From positions 67,168-131,167 of the forward strand of contig JACPKU010000004.1 of NCBI GenBank assembly GCA_016186915.1: a stretch of 64,000 nucleotides of DNA, given 5' to 3'. This document shows, one piece after another, positions 9,505-19,000 of the stretch. The position numbers and the translations under genes were made by a program. This DNA comes from Candidatus Doudnabacteria bacterium. GTDB taxonomy: Bacteria; Patescibacteriota; Doudnabacteria; UBA920; O2-02-FULL-48-8. The notes below the pieces were generated by a model, which made no database searches, was not told the DNA's origin, and was given only the letters and a program-made list of their open reading frames with translations. Each line of letters starts with the position of its first letter. The stretch's first letter is position 1.

Positions 9505-10206
9505 TCAAGCCGAAAGTTTTATGACCTCGAAGCATTCGTATTCCAGAAAGAAAGGCCAGATGAGGTCAGGGACGTGTTGGCTCTGGTGCGCTTCCAAGGC
9601 CTTGAGTTTCTGGGCTGCATATTTTTTGATATCAATCTTCGTCAGTCGGCCGTCAGGGACACCTTTTAGATTATTTGCCACATAGTGCAAGTGGTGGACT
9701 TTGCGCTGATCCAAATGTTTACAAAAATCTTCGATCAAAGAACTGGGAATACATGTTCTCCAAATTTCCGACGGTGGCGTGTCGGCTTGCTTGGCTGCTA
9801 GCATCGCGGCTCGGCCTATGGTGATGTGGTCGCGGTGGCCAGAAATACCCTCTTCGCCAAAGGTCAGGATAATTTGCGGTGTTAGAGCGTTGATTTCTTC
9901 GGATAACTGCGAAATTAGTTCTGCGAAATCAGCCTTATCCAGTTGGCCATCACCAAAGTCGAAGATTTTTTTGCAGTCACAACCCAGCACTCGGCAGGCT
10001 TGTTGCAGTTCTTGGGTTCTAATCTCTGCCATTTGCTCTGGAGAGAGTTCTCGGTTTAATCGATCCGGGCCTCTTTCCCCCGTGGTGGCGCAGATCACAG
10101 CGCTTCGCTTTCCTTCTTCAGCCAATTTCAAACAAGTGCCGGCCAGCAGAAATGCCTCGTCGTCCGGATGTGCTAAAATAGCTAACGCGTAAACTCCCTC
10201 TTTCAT
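9505..10206 (-). CDS. PIG-L/LmbE family deacetylase
   Basis: 'AHPDDE', 'GHRDH', 'AHQSQ'. Confidence 0.9.
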   Translation of the reverse strand: MKEGVYALAILAHPDDEAFLLAGTCLKLAEEGKRSAVICATTGERGPDRLNRELSPEQMAEIRTQELQQACRVLGCDCKKIFDFGDGQLDKADFAELISQLSEEINALTPQIILTFGEEGISGHRDHITIGRAAMLAAKQADTPPSEIWRTCIPSSLIEDFCKHLDQRKVHHLHYVANNLKGVPDGRLTKIDIKKYAAQKLKALEAHQSQHVPDLIWPFFLEYECFEVIKLSA

Positions 10207-10215
10207 ATTACCTTA

Positions 10216-11277
10216 TTATATATTGAATCTAAAATGCGCAACATCGCCGTCTTGCATCACGTATTCTTTGCCTTCCAGCCGCAGCCAGCCGCGGTCGCGA
10301 GCACCGGCGTAGCCGCTGGCCTCTAATAATTTATCCCAAGCAATCACTTCCGCTTTGATAAAGCCTTTTTCAAAATCTGTATGAATGGTGCCGGCAGCAG
10401 CAGGGGCTTTGGTGCCTTTCACAATAGTCCAAGCCTTGGTTTCCTTCGGGCCAACGGTTAAGAAAGTGATAAGGTCAAGAAGTTTGTAAGCGGCGCGCGC
10501 CAGCCGGTCCAGTCCGGACTCATTGATGCCCAGCTCTTGCATGTATTCTCTCCGTTCTTCGTCTTTGAGTTCTGCCAATTCCGCTTCAATTTTTACATCC
10601 ATCGGCAAAAATTCCGTTAACATAATCTCATCGGTCGCTAAATTTATGTCATGTGTGTTAGCTACGTATAGCAAGGGTTTCATGGTCAAAAGCTGGAGCT
10701 GTTTGACCAAGCGCAGTTCTTCGTCGCTCAAATTTACAGTTCGCGCCAACTGTCCGGCTTCCAATACAGCTTTTATTTTTTCCAAAGTCGACTTCAAAAC
10801 AACTGCCTCTTTGTCCCCGGATTTCACTTCACGGTTCAGACCCTCCAATCTTTTATCTGCAGTCGCTAGATCCGCTAACATCAGCTCCGTATTGACCACT
10901 TCAATATCCCGTTTCGGATCCACTGAACCGTCCACGTGGATAATGTCTTTGTTGTCGAAAAAGCGCACCACCTGCACAATCGCGTCCACTTCGCGGATGT
11001 GGGACAAGAATTTATTGCCCAAACCTTGTCCTTCTGCCGCCCCTTTGACCAGTCCGGCAATATCCACGAATTCAATGCTGGTTGGCACCAGTTTTTCTGA
11101 TTTTTCCAAAACAGCAAGTCTCTCTATCCGTTCGTCTGGGACATTAATCACGCCAACATTGGGGTCAATGGTGGTGAAGGGAAAGTTCGAGGCTTGGGCC
11201 GCTTGTTTAGTTAAGGCGTTAAATAAGGTGGACTTACCGACATTCGGCAACCCCACAATGCCGACAGAGAAGGACAT
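10216..11277 (-). CDS. ychF: Redox-regulated ATPase YchF
   Basis: 'GIVGLPNVGKSTLFNALT', 'DIAGLV', 'EGKEYVMQDGD'. Confidence 0.97.
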   Translation of the reverse strand: MSFSVGIVGLPNVGKSTLFNALTKQAAQASNFPFTTIDPNVGVINVPDERIERLAVLEKSEKLVPTSIEFVDIAGLVKGAAEGQGLGNKFLSHIREVDAIVQVVRFFDNKDIIHVDGSVDPKRDIEVVNTELMLADLATADKRLEGLNREVKSGDKEAVVLKSTLEKIKAVLEAGQLARTVNLSDEELRLVKQLQLLTMKPLLYVANTHDINLATDEIMLTEFLPMDVKIEAELAELKDEERREYMQELGINESGLDRLARAAYKLLDLITFLTVGPKETKAWTIVKGTKAPAAAGTIHTDFEKGFIKAEVIAWDKLLEASGYAGARDRGWLRLEGKEYVMQDGDVAHFRFNI

Positions 11278-11279
11278 AG

Positions 11280-11840
11280 TTAGTGAATATATTTTTTCTT
11301 TTCATCTTCAAACATTACTATTAATTCTTGAATGGCTCTCTGCTCAGTAGGATTTTTTGTCTGAGCCAAATCAAACTTCAGACTATTAATAAATCCATTC
11401 AAAATTTGTATTGTTAATTCCGGATGTCGTTGAAAATCAAAATTATTTAAATCTTTAGGTACACTTTTTCTATCCAAGAATATTAATGCTTTTGGAATCT
11501 TTGGGTCTTGTGGTTTCATCCCCTCAACCCTGACAAACGGTTGATCGGCCAACTCTTTCATTTTTATAGCTTTAGTTTTTGCGGCTTCCGCGGTAGTAAT
11601 TTGAGCCCCGATAATAGGCTTCCCGTCTTTGGAGATTACGGCGTCCACTGCTGGCCCGGATCCTTGATCCTTAACTCCAGAATCTTCTTGCTGAGTAGAA
11701 ATTCTTGCTTCCATTCCTGGAAATTCTGAATTAATAAAAAGCACAACAGCATCTTCACCTAATTCGCTTCGGTTTTGAATTTCAGGATCTGGAGGTCTGT
11801 CTAAACGTTTTATGTATCTGGCTTCTGTGCCTTCTCTCAT
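11280..11840 (-). CDS. Hypothetical protein, possibly PD-(D/E)XK-like
   Basis: Long ORF abutting ychF; 'VDAVI...GAQIT' resembles a degenerate nuclease motif. Confidence 0.6.
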   Translation of the reverse strand: MREGTEARYIKRLDRPPDPEIQNRSELGEDAVVLFINSEFPGMEARISTQQEDSGVKDQGSGPAVDAVISKDGKPIIGAQITTAEAAKTKAIKMKELADQPFVRVEGMKPQDPKIPKALIFLDRKSVPKDLNNFDFQRHPELTIQILNGFINSLKFDLAQTKNPTEQRAIQELIVMFEDEKKKYIH

Positions 11841-11885
11841 GTACGACAAGTATAACATAAAGTGTTTTTATGCTAAAATACTTTT

Positions 11886-12725
11886 ATGAGAATTAGAAAT
11901 CTAAAAAAGCTCCCTAAAAAAGACTTGATTGTGTTTGATCTTGATGGGACCTTGGTCGAGACTAAATCAATAATGGATAAACAGATGTCTAGATTGGTAA
12001 AGCAACTACTTTTTCGCAAACAGGTGGCAGTCATTGGCGGCGGAAAGTACACCCTTTTTCAGTCTCTGTTTTTGCGCCAGCTTAAGGCCCCAAAAAAGTT
12101 ATTTAAAAATCTTTTTTTATTCCCTACCACTTCCACCTCGTTTTACAGATATAAGAATGGCTGGAAGAAAATTTACGCTTTAGAGCTTTCTAAAAAAGAA
12201 AGGGAGAAAATCAAGAAAGCTTTTAAAGACGTGTTTGCAGAAGCAGGTTATGTGGCGCCAAAGAAGACTTATGGCACAGTGATTGAGGATCGACGTACCC
12301 AGATCACTTTTTCTGCACTGGGCCAAGAAGTAGTAAAAGTTTTGGGAAAAAAAGGAGTGGATTTAAAAAAACAATGGCTGATAGAGAACAAACCCATGAA
12401 AATGAAATTAACCCGTCTGTTAGGTAAACGCCTGCCAAGCATGGAAGTTCGCGCTGCCGGATTTACCTCGATCGATGTGACCAGGCGCGGAATTGATAAG
12501 GCCTATGGCATGAAACAAATAAAAAAGCATCTAAAAGTGCCTATATCACGGATGCTTTTTGTGGGTGATGCGATTTTTCCTGGAGGGAATGACTATGCCG
12601 TCGTAAGAACCGGGGTTGATTATTTCTCCGTATCTGGACCCGAAGAAACAAAAAAAATCATTCGGAAATTGATACAAAAAATAAAAAAAGAAGCGTCCGT
12701 GGTTGTAGTTAGCCAGGACGCGTAA
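11886..12725 (+). CDS. HAD-IIB hydrolase (phosphomannomutase-like)
   Basis: 'FDLDGTL', 'TSIDVT..GIDKAY', 'FVGDAIFPGGND'. Confidence 0.88.
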   Translation: MRIRNLKKLPKKDLIVFDLDGTLVETKSIMDKQMSRLVKQLLFRKQVAVIGGGKYTLFQSLFLRQLKAPKKLFKNLFLFPTTSTSFYRYKNGWKKIYALELSKKEREKIKKAFKDVFAEAGYVAPKKTYGTVIEDRRTQITFSALGQEVVKVLGKKGVDLKKQWLIENKPMKMKLTRLLGKRLPSMEVRAAGFTSIDVTRRGIDKAYGMKQIKKHLKVPISRMLFVGDAIFPGGNDYAVVRTGVDYFSVSGPEETKKIIRKLIQKIKKEASVVVVSQDA

Positions 12726-13014
12726 GGGTAAGGGTGTTGAGAAGCTGCCCACGAATCGAGTCGGTCATCGATTCTGGTTCCGGTAGGGCCAGAACTTCAG
12801 AGATGCCTCCGATCTCATCCACCGGAGCGGCGGTTGAGAGAAGACGCAGGCAACGGTCTCTGTCCTTGTCCGGGATGTCGATGTTGACTGAGTGCTGGTC
12901 GATAGGACTCAAATCTGCCCGAAGCGGCGTTTTGTCATCCAGGGTTCCGGTGATAGCGAACCAGCACAGGAGCAAGGCGTGTTGCTCAGAATTGCAGCGC
13001 ACCCAGATTTGCAT
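12709..13014 (-). CDS. Hypothetical protein (GC-rich, SD-led)
   Basis: GAGGAGG immediately upstream of ATG; fills the gap downstream of trpS. Confidence 0.55.
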   Translation of the reverse strand: MQIWVRCNSEQHALLLCWFAITGTLDDKTPLRADLSPIDQHSVNIDIPDKDRDRCLRLLSTAAPVDEIGGISEVLALPEPESMTDSIRGQLLNTLTLTRPG

Positions 13015-13057
13015 GATTCCTCCTCAGATGGGCACAGCGGGGAAGATAGAAAGTGGC

Positions 13058-14029
13058 TTAGATCAATCCGATTTTCGTCTTGACTTCGATCAGAGTAGCT
13101 TGGGCTACTTTCCGGGCTTTGGTGCCTCCTTGTACCAGAATATCTTGAATTTGATCAGGCCTAGCAAGCAGTTGCTGTTTCTTTTTTCGGAAATTAGCAA
13201 AGTGGTCGGCGATGAGTTTTGCCAGCGCGTTTTTCAATTCTGAATATTTGATGGAGTTGTCTTCCTGTTGTCTGCTAAAAGATTTAAATGTTTTTTTGTC
13301 GGCGAAATGCTCGAGTATTAAAAAGAGATTTCCAACTCCAGGGGATTCTTGTTTTGCGTCTGTGGCCGTGGGCGCTTTTTTGAGTTTACGTAAAATTTCG
13401 GCTGGCGAGTCATCCAACATCAAAGCTTCATCTCCCGTTTTGCTCATTTTTTTAGTGGGATCTGAAAGACTCATTATGCGCAGCGGTTTGCGCAGATAAG
13501 TTTTAGGTTCAGGAAAGGTTTTGCCAAAACGGTTGTTGAATTTGCGAGCAATATTGCGGGTGAGTTCTACGTGCTGGGTTTGATCGTCGCCCACCGGCAC
13601 TCCAGTTGGTTTGTAAAGCAAAATATCCGCCGCCATAAGTGTAGGATAAGTCAAAAGTCCGGCATTGATACCTTCTTTATGTTGGTCAGATTTTTCTTTG
13701 AATTGGGTCATGCGATTAAGCTCGCCCAAAGAGGTGAGAGAATTAAAAATCCAAGCCAGTTCTGTATGTTCCAAGACCTGGCTTTGCAAAAAAAACGTGG
13801 ATTTTTTGGGGTCTATGCCAGCGGCTAAATAATCGGCCGCCACTTCTAAAGTATTTTGCGACAATTCCTTTGGCTCAAAAGGTGTAGTTAAAGCATGTAA
13901 ATCCGCAATAAAAAAGAAGCAATTATTGCCTTCATTTTGCAATTCGACAAATTGCTTCAATGCCCCCAAATAATTGCCAATATGCAGTTTTCCTGAAGCC
14001 CTGATGCCCGAGACAATAGTTTCTTTCAT
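13058..14029 (-). CDS. trpS: Tryptophan--tRNA ligase
   Basis: 'HIGN' and 'KMSK' motifs, 'YPTLMAADIL', 'VPVGDDQ'. Confidence 0.97.
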   Translation of the reverse strand: MKETIVSGIRASGKLHIGNYLGALKQFVELQNEGNNCFFFIADLHALTTPFEPKELSQNTLEVAADYLAAGIDPKKSTFFLQSQVLEHTELAWIFNSLTSLGELNRMTQFKEKSDQHKEGINAGLLTYPTLMAADILLYKPTGVPVGDDQTQHVELTRNIARKFNNRFGKTFPEPKTYLRKPLRIMSLSDPTKKMSKTGDEALMLDDSPAEILRKLKKAPTATDAKQESPGVGNLFLILEHFADKKTFKSFSRQQEDNSIKYSELKNALAKLIADHFANFRKKKQQLLARPDQIQDILVQGGTKARKVAQATLIEVKTKIGLI

Positions 14030-14129
14030 CCCGTTTAGAAGTTTTAATTATATAATTCTAGGCATTGACATTATTCTCCCCATTAGATGCCTCATGTAAC
14101 AAAAACGGGCACATAAACTTCTAACGGGA
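14025..14129 (+). mobile_element. TTCA-tagged inverted-repeat element at the trpS start
   Basis: TTCA-TCCCGTTTAGAAGTTT...AAACTTCTAACGGGA, followed by a second TTCAT. Confidence 0.7.
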
Positions 14130-14158
14130 TTCATGGGACTATTATAGCTTATTTTTAT

Positions 14159-14238
14159 AACCCCTCCCAGCCTCCCCTTATGTTAAGGGGACGAGATTTT
14201 TTAAACCCCCTCTTAAATAAGAGGGGGTAGGGGGAGTT
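14159..14238. repeat. CCCCT-rich palindromic element (intergenic copy)
   Basis: CCCCTCCCAGCCTCCCCTTA..TAAGGGG and CCCCCTCTTA..TAAGAGGGGG; relatives at 19862, 28778, 43511. Confidence 0.75.
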
Positions 14239-14266
14239 AAACTTCAATCACCACAGGCAGGATCAT
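14237..14266 (-). pseudogene. Orphan duplicate of the last 9 codons plus stop of rnj
   Basis: ATGATCCTGCCTGTGGTGATTGAAGTTTAA encodes MILPVVIEV*, the same peptide as the rnj C-terminus. Confidence 0.85.
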
Positions 14267-14296
14267 CCGCCTACGCGCGAGGCTTCGGCGGACAAG
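14266..14296 (-). repeat. CYYG-tagged hairpin element
   Basis: CTTG-TCCGCC-GAAGCCTCGCGCGTA-GGCGGA on the minus strand. Confidence 0.75.
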
Positions 14297-14323
14297 AAAC
14301 GTCAGACGTTTCAAGTTGGCCGG

Positions 14324-16081
14324 CTAGACCTCAATCACAACTGGTAATATCATAGGTCTACGCTCGGTTCGTTGAAACAAGAAATCGCCGATTTGGTCGC
14401 GCACCTCGGAACGGATGTAAGCCCAATTTGGTTCTTTGTAGCCTTTGCCGTTTTTGGTTTCCACCACCTTTCGCACTTCATGCTTAACTTCTTTCAGCAA
14501 ATCCTCAGATCCTTTCATATAGATAAAGCCGCGGGAGATAATGTCTGGCTGCTGCGTTAATTTTCCAGTCCTTCTGTCTATAGTCATAATCACCACAAAC
14601 ATGCCATCCTTGCTCATTACTTGTCGGTCGCGCAGTACGACTTCGCCCACATCACCAACACCCAAGCCATCTACAAACACGTAGCCAGTCGGGATTTTGG
14701 CTTCCATGGTTTTGGCGCTGTTGCTGGTTATTTCCAACATCTGGCCGTTGTCCAAAATAAAGACGTTGCTTTCCGGCACCCCGACACTTTTAGCCAAATC
14801 CGCGTGTGCCACCAACATGTGATGCTCGCCGTGAATAGGCATAAAGTTTTTGGGCTTGGTGAGGGCGATCATCAGCTTCAAATCTTCCTGATACGCGTGC
14901 CCGGAAGTATGGATGTCCAGAATTTTTTGATACAACACCCGCGCGCCTTGTCTGGCCAAACTGGAAAGCGTAGACGAGATAGACCGTTCGTTGCCAGGGA
15001 TAGGCGAGGCAGACACAATCACCGTGTCCCCCTTTTTTATGGAGATAGTTTTATGCTCACTGCGTGAGATTCGGGCCAAGGCTGAAAACTCCTCGCCTTG
15101 GGAGCCGGTGGTCAGGATCAAGACTTGATTGTCAGGAAGTTTTCCAGCCTGTTCCATTTTCACAATCATATTTTTCGCCGGCAACCTGAGATAATTGGTG
15201 GACAGGCAGATCTCCACGTTGTTTACAAGACTTCTGCCGGTGACCACTAATTTGCGGTTGTGTTTATGAGCCGCATCGATCAGTTGTTGCAGGCGGCCGA
15301 TTAGGGTGGAGAAGGTGGCAAAGATTACGCGTCCTTTGGCATCCCCCACAATCCGGTCAATGGTTTCACCCAAGGTTTTTTCAGACATGGAGTAGCCAGG
15401 TTTTTCCGCATTGGTGGAATCGCTCATCAAGAGCGCTACCCCCTCGCCGCCGAACTTGGCCAGCTTGTCGAATTCCGTAGGCTTGCCATCCACGGGCGTG
15501 TGGTCAAATTTCCAGTCCGTGGCATAGACCAACAGGCCGGCCGGCGTATTGATTGCCAGGCCGATACTGTCTGGAATATTATGGTTGAGTCGGAAAAAAC
15601 GGATGCGGAAGTTGCCCAGAGTCAAAATGTCGTCTTTGTTGAGTTCGTGAATCTGGGAGCGCCCCATCAGATGAAATTCTTCCAGTCGTTTTTTGATAAA
15701 CTCGCCGGTTAATTTCAGGGTATAAATCGGCGGGTCGCCGATTTTAGGCATGATGTAAGGGATGGCTCCGATGTGGTCCAAATGGCCGTGAGTAATAATC
15801 ACACCCTTGATCTTCTTTTTATTTTCTTCCAAATATTTGGTGTTGGGGATGATGTAATCAATCCCAGGCATGGTTTCGTCAGGGAACCCGAGCCCCATGT
15901 CAATTACCAAAATATCATCACCATATTCAAGTATGGTCATGTTTTCGCCAACTTCCTCAATACCACCCAGAGGGATAACTCTAAGCGAATTTTTGGAAGA
16001 GGATTTTTGCGCTACTGCTGGCGCTGAAGTGGTTGTGCGGCCGCTGTGTCTTGAAGCTGGCCCGCTTTGTTTTCGAATCAT
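14324..16081 (-). CDS. rnj: Ribonuclease J
   Basis: 'IPLGGIEEVGENM', 'THGHLDHIG', 'HTSGH', 'PIHGE'. Confidence 0.97.
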   Translation of the reverse strand: MIRKQSGPASRHSGRTTTSAPAVAQKSSSKNSLRVIPLGGIEEVGENMTILEYGDDILVIDMGLGFPDETMPGIDYIIPNTKYLEENKKKIKGVIITHGHLDHIGAIPYIMPKIGDPPIYTLKLTGEFIKKRLEEFHLMGRSQIHELNKDDILTLGNFRIRFFRLNHNIPDSIGLAINTPAGLLVYATDWKFDHTPVDGKPTEFDKLAKFGGEGVALLMSDSTNAEKPGYSMSEKTLGETIDRIVGDAKGRVIFATFSTLIGRLQQLIDAAHKHNRKLVVTGRSLVNNVEICLSTNYLRLPAKNMIVKMEQAGKLPDNQVLILTTGSQGEEFSALARISRSEHKTISIKKGDTVIVSASPIPGNERSISSTLSSLARQGARVLYQKILDIHTSGHAYQEDLKLMIALTKPKNFMPIHGEHHMLVAHADLAKSVGVPESNVFILDNGQMLEITSNSAKTMEAKIPTGYVFVDGLGVGDVGEVVLRDRQVMSKDGMFVVIMTIDRRTGKLTQQPDIISRGFIYMKGSEDLLKEVKHEVRKVVETKNGKGYKEPNWAYIRSEVRDQIGDFLFQRTERRPMILPVVIEV

Positions 16082-16183
16082 TTAAGTCCTTTATTAATAA
16101 TAAAAACACACACTCATGTGTTTTTAAACCAAGAAAAATCTATGGCTTGCGAGTCTTTAAACAGGGCTAAACCGCTGGTTTTA

Positions 16184-16228
16184 TTCCGACGCGGGATTAC
16201 CGGTCGGAACCCCGACCAATGGTCGGGG
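16184..16228. repeat. CCGAC/GTCGG double-hairpin element
   Basis: TTCCGAC...GTCGGAA-CCCCGACC.GGTCGGGG; relative at 56728-56778. Confidence 0.65.
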
Positions 16229-16588
16229 GAAGACCCAATTAACACAAAATAATCAACAAACAGCAGTTATTGGCTATTTTTTATTAACTGTATGAGTTTG
16301 TTTTTGTTTCTGCTTACTAACTTTAAGAGTATCTACATTATACACGAACCTAGGATTTTGTCAAACGGTTTTTTCATGGCCTTGCCCATACGGCCGCTAA
16401 GTTCTGTATTGACGGGTACGGAGAGATTTTCCAGCCTTCGCTAAAGCTTCGGCGGATCCGCCGGAGCCTTGTGCGGAGGCGGAGAACTCTCACGGACTTG
16501 CGTCCACACGCTCCTGCCTGTCCGCCGAAATTTCGATGAAGGCGGAAAGCTGCGCGCCCCGCACTAAATTTTGCTTAGGATCATATTC

Positions 16589-16854
16589 TGGTGCTCGAGG
16601 GGAGAGTCGAACTCCCACGGCCTTGCGGCCATACGCTCCTGAAGCGTACGTGCCCCGCACCAAAAGAGCTTAGTTTTGTCTTGGTGGGCACGGAGAGATT
16701 TGAACTCTCACGGGATTGCTCCCACACGCTCCTGAAGCGTGCGCGTATACCAGTTCCGCCACGTACCCATGAATCTTTGGTGCGGGGTAAATCTGCCAGC
16801 CTGCCCCGTACCTCCCGCCAGGGCGGGATGGTACCGGGGTTCCACCACTCGAGC
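16589..16854 (-). tRNA. Interrupted tRNA-Leu(CAG), middle layer (pieces 16840-16854, 16792-16799, 16589-16652)
   Basis: Pieces rejoin to an 87-nt cloverleaf GCTCGAG...CTCGAGC-ACCA with anticodon arm TACGC-TTCAGGA-GCGTA; functionality unknown. Confidence 0.8.
16682..16768 (-). tRNA. tRNA-Leu(CAG), intact innermost copy
   Basis: GGGTACG...CACGC-TTCAGGA-GCGTG...GTTCAAATC...CGTGCCC-ACCA, 87 nt, long variable arm. Confidence 0.95.
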
Positions 16855-16939
16855 ATAGAAAAGAAGATTAGTGCGGGGTAAATCTGCCAGACGCGGCTAG
16901 ATTTATAGGGTATCACTAAATTCGTTTCGCCTCAACTGC

Positions 16940-18718
16940 TCAACGGGTTTTGATGTACCACTTGTTTATATCTAAAAATCGTTCAGAGGGATGGATGATG
17001 GTGGTCAGATCAATGCCTTTAATCTCTTTGGGTACATTGTAGACATAAACGGCGCTGTCCAAAAACACTGCCGGAATCTCGTCAGTTATGATTTCTTGAA
17101 ATTGTTGATAATAAGTGTTGCGAACATTGACGTCATTGGTTTGTCTGGCCTTAGTCAGCAGTTGGTCCACAGTCGCGTTTTTGAACCCAGAGATGTTTAG
17201 TCCCGGGCTCCTGACTTGCGTGGAGTCCCAAAAAGCAAACGGGTCAGGATCAGCCCCGGTGTTTTGAGCAAACAGCAGAGCGTCAAAATCCCTCAGTCTG
17301 ATACTCTGCTGCTGCAGCTCAGTCGGCGAAACTACTATGAGGTTGATTTTAGCGCCAATCTGCTCCCATTGCTTTTTTATAATCTGCGCGGTTTTGACGT
17401 TCAGTACAAGATTGTTGGTGGTAAGATTAAATTCCAATGGTTTGTCATTTTTCACCCTAATGCCAGTGAACTCATCTAAAACCCAATTCCCTCTGTCCAA
17501 AATATCAGCCGCTTCCGTAAGACTGGTGTGCGTACGCTGGGAAATATTCGGGTTATATCCGAGGTTCCCCTCAATGATTGGACCGTAGGCGGCTTGCGCA
17601 TAGCCAAGATAAACTTGTTCGATAATTTCTTGGCGATCCGTGGCAAGCCATAAAGCTTGTCTTACTGCCTTATCCGTAAGCACATTATCTTTGAGGAGAT
17701 TAAAAAATACGGCTTGATATTGCGGAAGGTTGATTTGGTGTTGATTGAATTTTTCTGAAGGCTCCACAAATGTTTTCCGGTCAAAAGGCAGATAGCCCAA
17801 GGAATCGATTTCCCGGGCTTGATAGGCGGTAACCAGTTCTTCTGGATCTTCCAGAAATTTGAAAGTCAGCGAGTTGAGGAAAGGACGGCCGGCATGGTAG
17901 TTTTCATTGGCATCAAGACTGATGGATTTGAGGGTGCCGTCAGAAGTTTTTCGGATCTCTTTGACCACAAAAGGCCCCGAGCCAACGGGCTTCAAATTAA
18001 GGTCAGAAAGCCGGAACTGATTTGGCTCCAGCTCCCCCCAAATATGCTTTGGTAAAATTCCCAACGCAAAATTAATGATGAAAGAGGCGGAAACTTCCCG
18101 CAAAGTGAAGTTAAGCGTCAAATCGTCAATTTTTTCCACGGTCACTCGCTTCCAGTTGGCAGTTAGGGGAGATTCGTATTCGTCGTTTTGGATAGTTTGA
18201 ATGGTAAACAGCACATCGTCAGAGCGGATGGGTTTGCCGTCTTGCCATTTCAGATTGGGTTTAAGTTTTACCGTGTAAGTTTTCTGATCTTCCGAGACCG
18301 TGGGCAAAGACTCTGCAAGATCCGGAACTAAGTTGAGGTCTTTGTCGAATTTAATCAGCTGGGCATAAACGATTCGGGAGAGATCGGAATCCACACTGCT
18401 CGTACCTGCCAAAACCGGATTGATAAACCGCGGCTGTCCGACCAAACCTTCAACCTGTTCTCCGCCACGAGCGGGGAGGTCCGAGGTTCCTTTGGTGGCC
18501 GCTCCGAAAACTAAAAATCCGCCTGCGATGATGAATACCATCGCTGCGGCGGAAAGTTTAACTAACTCTGATTTGCTAAAACTTTCAACTATCAAAGGGA
18601 TGTGTCCGCGACTGAGCCTGGGCGTTAGCTTCAATCCGTTTAAGGCTTCTGCGAACAAACTGCGTAGTAAACTAATTGCGTTTAAAAAAGTTGTGAGTAA
18701 TTTTTTTAATATGTTCAT
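16940..18718 (-). CDS. Peptide ABC transporter substrate-binding protein (family 5)
   Basis: 'PDLAE', 'KWQDG', 'DDVLFT', 'PVGSGPF'. Confidence 0.9.
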   Translation of the reverse strand: MNILKKLLTTFLNAISLLRSLFAEALNGLKLTPRLSRGHIPLIVESFSKSELVKLSAAAMVFIIAGGFLVFGAATKGTSDLPARGGEQVEGLVGQPRFINPVLAGTSSVDSDLSRIVYAQLIKFDKDLNLVPDLAESLPTVSEDQKTYTVKLKPNLKWQDGKPIRSDDVLFTIQTIQNDEYESPLTANWKRVTVEKIDDLTLNFTLREVSASFIINFALGILPKHIWGELEPNQFRLSDLNLKPVGSGPFVVKEIRKTSDGTLKSISLDANENYHAGRPFLNSLTFKFLEDPEELVTAYQAREIDSLGYLPFDRKTFVEPSEKFNQHQINLPQYQAVFFNLLKDNVLTDKAVRQALWLATDRQEIIEQVYLGYAQAAYGPIIEGNLGYNPNISQRTHTSLTEAADILDRGNWVLDEFTGIRVKNDKPLEFNLTTNNLVLNVKTAQIIKKQWEQIGAKINLIVVSPTELQQQSIRLRDFDALLFAQNTGADPDPFAFWDSTQVRSPGLNISGFKNATVDQLLTKARQTNDVNVRNTYYQQFQEIITDEIPAVFLDSAVYVYNVPKEIKGIDLTTIIHPSERFLDINKWYIKTR

Positions 18719-18946
18719 TTAGAGCAAGAATAAGATCGCGATATTTAACGCGACAAATATTACTCCTAAAATGATGGTCATATAATGTAACCCTTTGGCA
18801 AAGCCTCGCCTGGAGCGGTACACGCCGCCTTCGCCGCCGAACACCGTGGACAGTCCGCCTTCTTTTTGCTGCATAAGAATGACTATGACTAAAATTGCGT
18901 CAATTGCTATAAGGCCAAAGAGTAGTATGTTTTCTAGATTATCCAT
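18719..18946 (-). CDS. secG: Preprotein translocase subunit SecG
   Basis: Two TM helices around 'ILMQQKEGGLSTVFGG...RRG'. Confidence 0.9.
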   Translation of the reverse strand: MDNLENILLFGLIAIDAILVIVILMQQKEGGLSTVFGGEGGVYRSRRGFAKGLHYMTIILGVIFVALNIAILFLL

Positions 18947-19000
18947 ATCATTTGATGAAAATTAAATACTATAGTATTTTGCCAGAAAGCAAAGCTTATG

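Larger units (their letters stand above)
16410..16890 (-). pseudogene. Outermost decayed tRNA-Leu(CAG) with three insertions; 5' end and CCA lost
   Basis: Pieces 16883-16890, 16547-16556, 16484-16516 and 16410-16429 align to the intact Leu tRNA. Confidence 0.8.

Noticed and set aside
10523-11350. Long antisense ORFs (also 31201-31944, 37862-38632, 61345-62208)
   Set aside because: Antisense shadows of conserved genes with no independent motifs.
16557-16882. tRNA inserts as group I/II introns or archaeal BHB introns
   Set aside because: No room for ribozyme cores once the cargo tRNAs are subtracted; boundaries are DNA-repeat arms, and the Val-locus arm family also occurs outside tRNAs. No clear BHB motif seen, though RNA-level excision is not excluded.
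16581-16916. ORFs of 111 aa and 96 aa here, and the 106-aa ORF at 56617-56937
   Set aside because: Spurious frames across tRNA and hairpin sequence.
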